A stretch of DNA of 64,000 bases from Takakia lepidozioides (taxonomy: Eukaryota; Plantae; Bryophyta), in NCBI GenBank assembly GCA_030704615.1, contig CM060731.1, positions 43,772,001 to 43,836,000 of the forward strand. The letters run 5' to 3'. Both the position numbers and the translations under genes were made by a program. Each line of letters begins with the position of its first letter. Positions within the stretch are counted from its first letter, which is position 1. The notes beneath the pieces were generated by a model. That model was not told the DNA's origin and searched no databases. It worked only from the letters and a program-made list of their open reading frames with translations. Shown in pieces: positions 51,641 through 64,000 of this stretch.

Positions 51641-52439
51641 GCCTCGTTAGTGACAAAATTACCAGTACCATCAATACTTGTCACCATAGGCCCATTGCCA
51701 GGCAACATAGTGACCCCTGGAACTGCACTATCTTTCAAATTGCACTATCTTTGTGAGACCAGCGGGCGTCACCTGAACACCATCTAATTCTTGGGAAACA
51801 ATACCATCCTTGCAAGATAAATCAGTATAGAGACTGGCCTCTGGTAGAGGCGATCCCTCATCTAGACTTACCATCCCATGTTGCAGTCGCGGATTATCAC
51901 TCAAATTACCTGTAGTTGATGGAAGACCCGTCTCTCTGACTTCGACAGGGGCTGATTCCGTTGTGGCCAGATCGGGAGCATCCATCGCAACACGTTGTCT
52001 CCCAGACCTCAGCAAAGTACTAACAGTGTTTCTTACCATACAACAGGAAGCAACGAGCCCAAACACGAACAAGAAAATGTTTAGTTCCGATTAAACGATG
52101 TCAAGATATAGGAATAGTAGAGAGATAACCTGGAAGCAACGAATACCAACAAGAGTTCTGATTAAGCCAAAGTTGGCGAGCAGGGATGGGTAGCAATCCG
52201 CTACAGCAGCCCGCAATAGCACGATCGCCCTTAATTCAAGGCCAGGTCGAATAGGAGATCACCTTGGTGATGTCGTGAGAGTCAGAATCGTGCATGGAGA
52301 GCGCCCACCATTTCCACGTGCTCGTGGTCTTAACCCAAAAGGACACACAGGTAGAGTTCTCCTTCTCCCAAATGCGAGATAGCACTGAATCAACAGGAAA
52401 GCGATCAAGATTTTCAAGCATCTCAGGTCTGATAAGCCG

Positions 52440-53279
52440 TTATTCGTCAAATAAAGTCCCTGGCAAAATGACAATGTCGGAAGTTCGGCCAAACAGACTA
52501 TCCGACGACAGTCCTTGGAGCAGGTCGATCGACGGTGGCAGACCTTTGCTTGGCTCATGATGAAAACGAAGAAGACGTAGAACGAGAGAGCCCGTACCTC
52601 GGAGAGCTAACGACAACCAAGATGGCTCGACACAGGAGGAGACCAGCCAATCACGGTGAACACGTTCAATAGATAAAGGAAGATGAAGCCCCAGTTCTTT
52701 CCACGACAGAACCTGATGATTCAAGAAACGGGACTTGACCACATCACGAGACAGACGAGCAGCATTCCTCGAAGCCACAACTTGCCTTGTCGAAGAGAGA
52801 GAGTCTGCAGCGATCACCGCTGGGTCAGAGTCAGGTCGTCTGGGCGCCGAAACTCGACTCTCAGTAAAGTAGGATATGTCCCGTTGCACTGCAATCTCTA
52901 TTTTGTCAAACCAGAATTGATCAACAGAAAGTAAGTTATACACTGTAGCATCATACTCCCGTGAACGAGCTATGTCCTTCTCAAATTCTCGCTCCTGCTC
53001 TCTAGGACAGACGTAATCGGGCCTTGGATCATGATAGTTATCAAAATTATAATACTCTGGATCACAGCTATCCAATGAACCAGACCTCGCAGTGCTGTGC
53101 GACCAAGCTTCGGCTGCAGCTAGATTAGCTTCTTCACTAGGACTAGGTGAATTCAAGCGGACAACAAGATCTGAATCAATAGCATTATCTCCACGCACCA
53201 GCAACACCGGCAAGGCAAGAGTGCCAGGCGGCGTGCTGGAAGAAGGTGGGTTAGCAGATGAAGCAGAAAGTGAAATCAA
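52440..53279 (-). CDS. Extra 279-aa ORF of unknown function in the Gypsy 5' leader
   Basis: Uninterrupted sense-strand ORF between the PBS and gag. No motif recognised and the start codon is uncertain. Confidence 0.35.
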   Translation of the reverse strand: MISLSASSANPPSSSTPPGTLALPVLLVRGDNAIDSDLVVRLNSPSPSEEANLAAAEAWSHSTARSGSLDSCDPEYYNFDNYHDPRPDYVCPREQEREFEKDIARSREYDATVYNLLSVDQFWFDKIEIAVQRDISYFTESRVSAPRRPDSDPAVIAADSLSSTRQVVASRNAARLSRDVVKSRFLNHQVLSWKELGLHLPLSIERVHRDWLVSSCVEPSWLSLALRGTGSLVLRLLRFHHEPSKGLPPSIDLLQGLSSDSLFGRTSDIVILPGTLFDE

Positions 53280-53486
53280 GCTCTACATGCAAGCGCTCTC
53301 CTTCACGATTAACAACACTTCTAGTAATCGACACATGAGGCGCCATAGTCTGAAACATAAGCAAGATTAACGAGCAAGCATGGAGAGAACTCAACACTAA
53401 GCAAATACACTGCAGGGTGGCGGGCTGCCGCCATCTTATAAGACAATCTTAACCTAAGCACGCCGTTTAAATGATAAAGAAAAACA

Positions 53487-53504
53487 CCCGGCGCGCCTCC
53501 ACCA
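53487..53504 (-). other. Primer-binding site, probably tRNA-Ala
   Basis: TGGTGGAGGCGCGCCGGG directly after the 5' LTR. TGGTGGAG is complementary to the CTCCACCA 3' end of tRNA-Ala. Confidence 0.7.
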
Positions 53505-53956
53505 TAAAAGAAGCATGACGAATATCTGCCTATCCTCTCAAGTGCTCTTCAAAACAAGGGGGGAAAACAAGAGGAACGTGCATGCACGCGAGAAGAGGAT
53601 CTCAACGAGCGAACTGACAGAAAATCATACACACGTATCACAATCAGACAGCTTTCCACATCTACATACACCAGAGTACATCAGCTGCTTGACACAAGGT
53701 CAGGCCGCCACTTTATACAAACCCTAGCTGCATGCCTTCCTGACGCGTGGCGAGGTGTGTCAGGCTGAGCCCGCGGCGCCACAACCCTAGATCTATTGAA
53801 CGGCCATGATGCAGCCACCAGCCATAACTAACCCTGGTTGTGATATCTTTGTAATGGTTCAACGGTATTTTAAGCCAAAAATTTATACTACGAATGAGTA
53901 TCGCCGCTATGGATGAATAAGGTAAATCTGTGATGAGGAAAGTTTGGGGCATCACA
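53505..53956 (-). repeat. 5' LTR (begins TG, ends ...CTTTTA with no CA)
   Basis: Direct repeat of 44988-45444. Confidence 0.9.
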
Positions 53957-53960
53957 GCGT

Positions 53961-54131
53961 ATATGTGATTTTTGGTGTACAAGCTTTGGATGAGAGCTGC
54001 TTAGTGCCTGATTCGTGTGTTTTATCCTCCTCTAGGGCGTTGCTTGCTCTTTCCACTCGCCCCTTTGTTGTGCAACCTTGCTTCTTGAGAGGAAAGGAGT
54101 ATATGCTTCAGGCTTGTTTTAAGGCTTCACA
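53961..54131 (+). mobile_element. Older related LTR 3' end in the opposite orientation
   Basis: Ends TTTTAAGGCTTCACA (54117-54131). Shares ATCCTCCTCT and AGAGGA.AGG with the reverse complement of the LTR. Confidence 0.65.
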
Positions 54132-54627
54132 TCCCCAGGTTCATCAAATACCTGAAAAACGAATATGGCCTTGTGAGCAGGTCGAGTGGGCGCAGTCGAG
54201 TTCCCTGGATACACACACCAGAAAGTATACAATTTACAAATCAATAACAGGACCGAAAGTTAAATTACTCGGGTAGTAAACAAGGATGCCTACTCTCAAA
54301 GCTATTACATTTTTTGTCATCTCACTACAGAACAAACCTCATGTTCGAATTGTCGATCTCTCCCATTCCTCACCCGTCCTGCGTCATGGAAGCTTTCCCT
54401 TAGACACCTTGTCGGATGCTTCTCTTCTTCTCTTCCATTGGTCTTGTGTTCTTTCTGTTTTGCGGACATCCTCCTGTAGTTGTGCTCTTTTATTCTTCAA
54501 ACAGATAGTGGAGTTTTGTGTGAGTTTGTGAGCTTCAGATTGAACTTATTTGCTACCAGATAATCTCTGGCTTCAAGATGGAGCTAAAAAGAAAACTTCC
54601 TTCGTGCCTTCTGGGAGAAAAGAATTC

Positions 54628-54692
54628 ACTCATAAGACATTGTTTGCCGTAACCTTGTGCCCATAAACCCAGCGCCCAATTTGGGCGGAACA
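54628..54692 (-). mobile_element. Short copy of the LINE 3' end seen at 62969-63033
   Basis: ACTCATAAGACATTGTTTGCCGTA.CCTTGTG.CCAT...GCGGAACA is shared by both sites. Confidence 0.75.
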
Positions 54693-55206
54693 AGAGAGAG
54701 AGAGAGAGAGAGACGGTGGACTTGACGCATATTAGCTACATCTGCTTGCCGTGTGCCCAGGGCAGCTCCGGGGAGACTGGAGGCAGCAAAGCTGAGCAGA
54801 GAGTTTGAACAGGGCCCGTCGTTTGTCTGTTGGCCAAGCGATCCGTTGTAACAAGCGAGTCGTTTCTTTTCGCGCTTCCGTACCAGTCTTTGAATTGGTC
54901 CCCTTCTCTTTCTTCCTGTGGTATGTGGAAAGGTTGTGGCTGATGAACAAAGGTTCTCGTGAGAAACCTTGTACGTCCTTAAATCTACAAGCAACTGCTG
55001 TAAATTCGTCTCTTTTCCTTGTCATCTTCATTCACTGGGGAGAAGTTCTGTGTTTGCCTCTCGCCAAGGTGGAAGGAGTTGAGCTGCTAGTCGCTCGCAT
55101 AGAGATCTAACCATTTACTGAGTAATATTATACTATGGTTTCTGATCTTGTAAACAAACCGCTGTTCTTAACTTCACTTTACTTACTTTCTGCAAAGACA
55201 AAACTC

Positions 55207-56677
55207 ATGTCCTGCATTGAGCCATTGGAAAAGGTAAAGGAGGTCAGCAGTGAATTTTTTTTCTCTAGGGACTTGAGGTACAAGATAAGAGGCGCTATCA
55301 TATACAAAACAATGAGGGATTTTCAAATTCTGTTCCCCGTAGCAGAATCATATCGGTCTGCTTGGCGAAGAGGCGCTTTCTGGTGTAACTGTTGCTTGAA
55401 ACCTGCAATATGTTGTCTTAGAACCTGCTCCAAATGCTGCAGAAAAAGATATGACCATTTCAAGACGGCGGGGGCACCAAAGATCCATAGCTAGGCCAGC
55501 TTTCACTGGATGAAAGCAGACTTGAGAGAGGGAGGATATAATTCTTACGAGATGTACACAAATGTTTGTCTCCTCACAAATTGAACCCGGGTATTTGCCA
55601 GTGCTTACAAGGACTTGCATGTTCTCTTATCTGCAACACATCGCTTGTCTTGTGTTGGCTGGTTACAGGCTGTAGTTCTGAAGGTGGCCATGAGCTGTGA
55701 GGACTGTGTTGGAGCTGTGAGAAGAGCCATCACGAAGCTGGATGGTAGCCATTTCTTCCTTGAAGTATATTTTGAAAGTGATTCTTGCTTGTCTCTGCTA
55801 ATTGTCGTATCATATCTCCTTCACCATGGTACGTGGCGATGTCAATGTCACTCACAGTGTTCCAATTGAACTTCTTCTGCAAGGTGGTCTTCAGGGACCT
55901 TCTGCCTGCAAGCTTCCCAAACCAGCACGATCGTTGTTTACCTCTAGCCTAGCCTGGCTGGGCATGACAATGCAAGACACATTCCATTACAAACAATCGC
56001 ACCATCCTAATCCGGGATGCCATTACCAAGTCATACTTTGTTGGGTCTGTCAGATTTTGACCTACCTAGGCAGTTCTACTGGAAGCGAGAAAGCAGCATG
56101 AGCAAGAGCGCATTTGGTAGCCAGGAGCTTGGTGACAAGCTTTCAAATCTCACTCCAGCTTAGTTGGCAGATGTTCCATAGAACCCAAGGAGACGATCAG
56201 GGTTTTCAAATGTATGTCAGATGTTTGAGGACCTTTGGATACATTAGTCTGACTGCACAGCATCGTTTTTGAAATTCCTCAACCAGGTATAATGGTGGCA
56301 CTTGTGGTGGCCTCAGATTGTTGTGTTTTGAATGTAGTTTCATTGTTGTGTGGCAGAAACATCTTGAGCCTGTTCCTTGTACCTTTGTCACTAACGTATT
56401 GCAAAGGCTTCACCCAACTGACCTGCAGGCAAGAAAATGTCTGTGGAGCCTAGAGGTTGTGTAGCTACGTTGCCTGGTCTGTCTCTCCTTTAGGTTTCAA
56501 AGTTGATGTGGGCTTCCGTTGGTTCCAGGTGTGGAGTCATATGACATCGACTTGAAGGAACAGAAAGTGACAGTAATTGGTAACCTGAAGCCAGATGCTG
56601 TGCTTGACCGTGTCTCCAAGACAGGGAAGGCCACATCGTTCTGGCTTAATGACGGGAAAAAGGAAGAAAAGGAGTAG
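55207..56677 (+). CDS. ATX1: Copper chaperone, ATX1/CCH-type HMA protein; exons 55207-55233 (less certain), 55669-55744 and 56529-56677
   Basis: [26 protein letters not shown] joined to [38 protein letters not shown]. MxCxxC and KTGK motifs present. GT-AG introns keep the frame. Confidence 0.92.
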
Positions 56678-57800
56678 ACCTCGTTCTGGCCTAGGAAGGT
56701 GGAGAAGAAGTATCAAGAGAAGACGTAGGAATTTATATCTTGTTTGATCAGCTGTAAGGCTGTCCTGTTTACACAGGACTTAAGAAACATTCAAGGGCAA
56801 GACTCTCTTGTTCCTGGAGAGTGTTCAAACTTATATGAAGCCAATGCAGAGTACTCTGCACAAACTGGCTAAGTGTTGGATCTCAGTTCTTTGTTGACAA
56901 ACATTGACCTTGTCTTTTATAAGGTCCATCACAATTTCTACGCTGTAGATATTGTGAAAGATCGCACAATCTGGAGTCCGCAGACAGATGACAGAGAACT
57001 TTGTAGACAACAGGTTATGTCCACCCATTTGTTCCAGTAGGGGCACCTGGTTGAGAGCAGTAGTTTAGTCTGTGTACCTACAGGACCAGCAGTAGGCCCC
57101 CACAGATGCTCCTACTTTGGAGGAGTCCAACACAGTGTGCAACTTCACTCTCTACTTTTCAATTCTATCATTCACACATGTGGGCTGGTGGGGTGCAGTC
57201 AATCTTCCATATCTGTGGTTCTCCTGCTGCTTCCAGAGCAGAGCACTGGCTCTACTCCTGTACATATGTAATGCAAAGAGCTTTAGCAACATAGTTTGGG
57301 AAATGACGTATGCTTGTAAATGGAAACGATAGGAATAATGGAATATTTGTAAAGATAAAACAGAGGTCTACAAGTTTACTCCAGCATCATCACTAGGTGT
57401 GAGCAGATGAGGATAAATTCCATTACAGAATGTAACAATTGTTAGGGTTTCAAGCATTCAATCGCTTCTCAAACACTCATCCTAGTCATATGCCATCTCC
57501 CTCAATACAATCAATATGAACAACTCGCCATCTCCCAGAGCAAATCCCCACTACATATTGATCTACATCTTCACTTCCCCTACATCCTTCCTGCTATTTG
57601 TATTCAAATTGTTGCTACACGCCCACAAGCACAACCTTACATAGACTTAGTTTGCAGGAGTGTGATAAACGTAACAACAAATGATGGGGTAAATGATCAG
57701 GGAGCAATGTACATAGAAAACACTCACGAAATGTGGACGGTCGTGTATTGCAAAAGATGCTTTATTGTGCAAGTATTCATATCACGAACCCTGCATAAAT

Positions 57801-59180
<1,380 letters not shown>

Positions 59181-59337
59181 TCAATTTCACAATTTCCGAC
59201 ACCCAATCTTACAGAGATACCCACAAGCGCAAACTCTAGCACTACACAGAGAAATGTATGGAAGCAGACAGAGAAAAAGAGAGCACTGTACAAATCCCAA
59301 CGCGGTAACAAGTGAGAAGAGAGATCGAGGGCCTCAG

Positions 59338-59345
59338 TTTATATA
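59338..59345 (-). promoter_or_regulatory. TATA box of the polyubiquitin gene
   Basis: TATATAAA ~165 bp upstream of the ATG, followed by a CT-rich leader. Confidence 0.65.
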
Positions 59346-59417
59346 ACGCAGAAAAGCAAGAAAAAGTATGGAAGACATGGACAAGAACCTTCGCGGAACC
59401 TCACCACCCACTGGCCA

Positions 59418-59644
59418 TAACCGGTTTTTCGAAGCATCTCGAGTACGTGTCTTCAAACGACTGGCTCACTGGATGCTGGTTACAGGCGGTAACCTGCAAT
59501 CCTCACAAGATTTGATAACCTTGGCTGGGCATGGATGTAAAAATTCGATAACCGGGCTGCGCATGGATGACTGTCACATCGAGAATCGATAACCGGGCTG
59601 TACATGGATGAACTGTCACTCTCGATGTTTCGAAAAACCGGTTA
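59418..59644. repeat. 21-bp inverted repeat flanking a tandem ~40-bp duplication in the UBQ promoter
   Basis: TAACCGGTTTTTCGAAGCATC (59418-59438) versus GATGTTTCGAAAAACCGGTTA (59624-59644). TCGATAACCGGGCTG..CATGGATGA occurs twice between them. Confidence 0.8.
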
Positions 59645-62600
59645 CCTAGTCCATAGCCGGTCGTCGTTCTGCCATCTTCTTTCACTGGACGTTATAGAAA
59701 CTTTATCTTTATCTTTATCTTTATTCCATCTTTGACTTTTGAACGTTTATCAACCTTTTACTCAATCCTCGCGAAGAGGCTGCAAGAACTGAATCCCAAC
59801 GGTTCAGGAACGGTTCATGAATGACTGGTCAATGCAGTCTTTCAGCTGCGGTGACACAACGTTTGAATCTGGACATTGCAATTACATTGAGAAGAGCATC
59901 TGAAATCTTAACTGCAGTTATTTTTTGGTTTGATGACGCTGTACTCGTTTAGAATTATTTTTGAGAGAGGGAGTAGATTGCTCCCGTGCTCCGAGCTATG
60001 TATGCTATACAGCCCAATGTTTCTGACAAGACTGCACATAGCCATTGAAAAGTTCGTGCGAAGGATTGGAGGTTAGATGCAGTTAATAACAAGCTCTGGA
60101 GCTCCACTTCGTATCGTGGCTTCAAATAAAGAGGCATGTGTCCTCGGATGTTATTCATGTCATGATTTCGCTTCGATTTCGCTTTATAATTGAAGATCGA
60201 GCTATTTTCTTGAAGCTCTCTACGATGGCAGACTTTCTTGAACTCAGCTTGCTCATTTTGGCAATGCCCAACATTCCACACGCACTATTGCAAAAAATAA
60301 GCATATACACGACCTATGCACGACAACTGTACTGACTGTGTTCGCTTTGGCATTCTGTAGCACCAAGTTATGAGTTTTTCTCAGTGGATTTGCAACTAAT
60401 GCTGTTGTCACTCCCATCGCATGGTGAAAGAAGCTGCTGTCACAGTGTTGTAACGGCTCCACTGGTTATCTCTCATGATTGTGTGGAGTTTACCACCGCA
60501 TTCAAAGCTGGAGAAGCTGAGATTTTTCCTTTACTTTTGTCTCTTTAATAAAAACCCAGCCCTACACAAGGTGTACAGTTATGAATCTTACATACGTTTC
60601 AAATGAAAGGAAGCCAGTTAATTTTAAATCTGCTCACTGATTTTTTATTTTTTATTTTTTATTTGGTAAAGGGATGAAGCCCTGAACTTTATTTGATTCT
60701 GCTCACTGATCTTGTTCAGTAAATGCTCAGTAAATGATCAGCTATTGAGTGCTAATTCTTCTGATAAGAAATTCTTGGTGAACTTCATTCCAAGTCTAGA
60801 GTGAACGACACGTCATAAGGAACTCTCATATTACTACACCACTTTGCAGGGCTGATCACCTGCAATCACATTGATGTGTTCTTCTTAGTCTTGATCACAT
60901 CCTCTGTTTGATACAATTTCGTGCGAAATCATTAGTTAGTGGGGAGTGGTTCCTAGTCAATAACTGGACATTAGGTTTAACCTGGGCAGAGCTTGTAGTT
61001 GCTTAGCTCTTACTCTTCATCTTTTTGAGCATTGCATACTATTATCATCATGTTCTCTTGTCAGGCCCATAAGCTCTGCGATCTCCGGGAAGCTATGGAT
61101 GCCCTGTGGTCCAGAATACCTTCAAACAATACTCAAAGGTATGACATCTGTTCAAAAGTTGGAAATCTATGAGAGTTTTCTACTTCAAATGTGGATCACA
61201 ATTGTTCATAATATGCGAAACAATGCACCTGCAAACATCGTAGGATAACCCATATTTACAAAGGCGTGCACATGATCCCTAAGCCTCTGGGCTTCCAGTG
61301 GACGTCATCTGTTACATATCTGCCCCAGAGATGGGTCATGTCTTATTCTTGAGGAATACCGCAGCAGCTTCCCCTGAATGGACAGAAGAGCAAAGAAATG
61401 ATGATAGTTTGCAGTACAATGTTGAAACCAAGCCTCCAACCTTCAGTGATCCAGTAGACGTCAACAGAACCTTCTGCAAAGTAGTCACGCCATGAATGTA
61501 CCTAACCTCATTCAAAGATGACATTTCCTTACTTTCTTCTTTCTTCTTCTTTCTTCTTCTCCCTTGTTTGTAACTTGCAACCCTCCAAATGACACAACAA
61601 AGGAGCTACAAGCAATCGAACTCTAAAAACTCGTGAGTTATGGGGTGAAGTGTGGACACCGCACCCCCAAAATATTTGAAAAGCCTTGTGTGTTAGACAT
61701 TTTGATAAGAGAACCGATATTTTGCCCATAAACAACCGCTTGGGTTGTTCTCCTCAAAATTGTTATAATCTCTCACTCATAACTAGTAGATTTCTCTGAA
61801 AGTTGTGGTAGGGAGCCAAGCAGGTAACTTTGTATATGGTGAGTTTGCATGGATGTTGCATTGTACTAGATTTCGCCCTTTCCTGTGCTGGAGGTTTAGT
61901 TTTGTTGCAGTCTGCAAAAAAAGGCTTGGGCATTTAGGGGTTATCATCTACATCCCATATTGCTTGCCCTGGGGATATACAATATCTAGCACTGTTGGGC
62001 TTCTGTAGTGGGAACCTCACTAACAGCAAGGATGGAAAAGTCAAGTTGGAACAGGCAACCCTGATTTCTTTCCTGCACAATGGAGCCACAGAGGTAGAGT
62101 ATCAGTCCTTTCGTGCAGCCTTGAAAAGTAGCGTTCTTCTCCAAACTACACATCCTTGGTGGGTGAGCTGGTCCTTATACATGTGAATGGAATAGAGCCC
62201 ACCCCCCAAGGGGAGCAGTACCCACATGGGGAAGAGGCTTATTTCCTCTAGCTCCGGTTGGCGTCATATATATTTGTGTGTGCGTGTGTGTGTGTGAACG
62301 AAAGAAAACTGGGTGATGGTGATTTCCTTGAGGTTCTAATTCATTGGAGGAACCAGGTGTACCGATCATATATACATTGAGAGACCACACGGATAGGTTG
62401 GGAGAAAAGAAATGTGTGGCGTACCCCGTCTCCGAGGGTTCTCATTTCGACAAGCCAGAGCCTTACCCGGAGTAAAGATGCAGAAATTGCTTTCCTAAAT
62501 ATTCGGGGGGCTCAATGGTCCAGATCTTCCTTCAAGAACGTAAGAGAAAAAGAAATGTAAGAGAAGAAACAAGGGAGCACCTTACAGATCTGTGAGGCCC

Positions 62601-62954
62601 CAAACAACCTTAAGAAAACTCTGCCATTTGAGGCCCCTCAAAATACAAAGGAAAATTTCTGCATGTGCTTTACGGATTGAATTAGAGTATACATATCATG
62701 ATCTGCAAAGGGAGGATTGACCATGATTTTGATCTACAGATGTAGAAAGAAGGAAGCATGCATTCAGTATTCATTTTCATCGGACAGTCTTTGGGCATTA
62801 GACATGGCTTTGGCATTTCTTCTGGACTAATATTCAGATACTTGAAAATCTCTTCTACCCTTTAGCCTGTTTAACAGGCCGGTCTTGCTTCCAAGAAACA
62901 GTTTATCTCAGGGTATCTGGTATTAGGCCTGCAATTCATCTCACCCCACCATAT

Positions 62955-63560
62955 GAGAGAGAGAATGTACTCATAAGACATTGTTTGCCGTAGCCTTGTG
63001 GCCATTGCCCCCGCACCCAGTTTGAGCGGAACACAAAGGGACAGAACCTACCTTTGTCAGGGCTGACGCCGGTAGTATGACTTACCTTGGAACAAACAAT
63101 TGATCCGGGTTCTTCCAGATATCCTCTAGAAATTCCTTCACACAAGCATCAATCTGCTGTGTGTGGTTTGGCAAGGAAATTGTGCCTGTACCTCTGTTTA
63201 CCAACTTTGAAGTCTTGAAGGGTTAAAGGGCCTGGGCTTTTGGCTCAGCCTCAAGACTTCAAAGTTGGTAAACAGAGGTACAGGCACAATTTCCTTGATA
63301 GATTTGAGGAGAGCGTCTCTCTGGTGAGAGAACCCCGGACAATGAATCAGAAAATGAATATTGTCTTCAGGTTGCCCACACAACAGGCACTTGCACTCTC
63401 CCTTTCCTCTCTGCTTCTGTTTGCTGTTCAAAGGTAGGCTTCCCGCCCTGAGTTTATATTTCAGTCTAGTGCCGAGAGTGGCTAGACCCTTGAGGCCATC
63501 CATGATGTCCTCAATCATATGAGAGAGAGAACTCAATACTACTATTATCGTGCCATTCAA
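62955..63560 (-). mobile_element. 3' fragment of a non-LTR (LINE) retrotransposon
   Basis: KLRAGSLPL...CLLC..PEDNIHFLIHC (zf-RVT-like CCHC), then a 3' UTR and a (TC)n-like tail. Confidence 0.75.
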
Positions 63561-64000
63561 GTTCTGTTAGCAATCACCTTATTGCAGAAAGCCAGTCCTG
63601 GTCTCAGATCTTTCTCAGCTTCATCATTTGGCATCTCACTTGATCTCTCCAATTCCGAAGCGTACAAGAAATTCCCGGTCCAACTTTCTGCCCCTCTCCC
63701 TCACTTTTCTTATCTCTGTTTGACTCCATCTCTCTCCCTTGATTTTTCCCTGTCTCACACATGCACCAGTGACTTGTCAGAGGAAAATCTCCATCCCAGC
63801 CGATTATTCGCCCTATTATTGGTTGGTATTGGAACCGTTGGAGGGGGTCTCTTTCGAGATATGCTGTGGGCAAAGAATTCCTCTCCAGAGGCTATCTCCT
63901 CTCACCGAATACTATTTGACAAGGTGCAAGGTCTGAGGTCACATGCACAGTCGATTGCTACACATCTGCCTCTAGTGAAATGTCATTTTCATGCACACAC

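Larger units (their letters stand above)
44978..53956 (-). mobile_element. Full-length degenerate Ty3/Gypsy LTR retrotransposon
   Basis: Two ~450-bp direct repeats. Inverted termini TGTGAAGCC...GGCATCACA. 4-bp TSD GTGT (44974-44977) / GCGT (53957-53960), one CpG transition. Domain order gag-PR-dUT-RT-RH-INT. Confidence 0.93.

Noticed and set aside
24415-56677. Copper-homeostasis gene cluster (phytocyanins plus ATX1)
   Set aside because: The phytocyanins lack Cu ligands and the genes are ~27 kb apart, so nothing supports more than coincidence.

Overview
Eukaryotic, intron-containing, TE-dense plant DNA. The TE families suggest a non-seed land plant, which is an inference. Host genes: a two-domain phytocyanin/ENODL-like gene plus a single-domain paralog with a homopolymer frameshift (24.4-27.8 kb), an ATX1/CCH-type copper chaperone (55.2-56.7 kb), and a hexa-ubiquitin gene with a nonsense codon in unit 6 (57.8-59.2 kb). 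Most of the rest is nested mobile DNA. (i) A large Sola1/DUF7869-like DNA element (1 to ~17.4 kb) is marked by dispersed 24-bp palindromes AACCTCCACTG-NN-CAGTGGAGGTT and carries a ParB-like gene with a degenerate methyltransferase-like region. (ii) Nested in it is a 7.2-kb Mutator-like element whose GCM-like/DDE/SWIM transposase lies head-to-head with an intron-containing beta-class DNA amino-methyltransferase (4mC/6mA)-like gene; a second, diverged copy of this arrangement lies at 32.7-36.5 kb. (iii) A decayed CACTA element (30.4-43.5 kb) contains fragments of both elements and an FCP1-like phosphatase. (iv) A Ty3/Gypsy element (44978-53956) has a dUTPase-like domain and asymmetric LTRs whose geometry suggests integration through a circular LTR-LTR junction. 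The best candidates for an undescribed system are the transposon-borne DNA methyltransferases, the ParB-like gene with its palindromes, and the asymmetric LTR ends. All family assignments come from reading motifs by eye; no searches were run.
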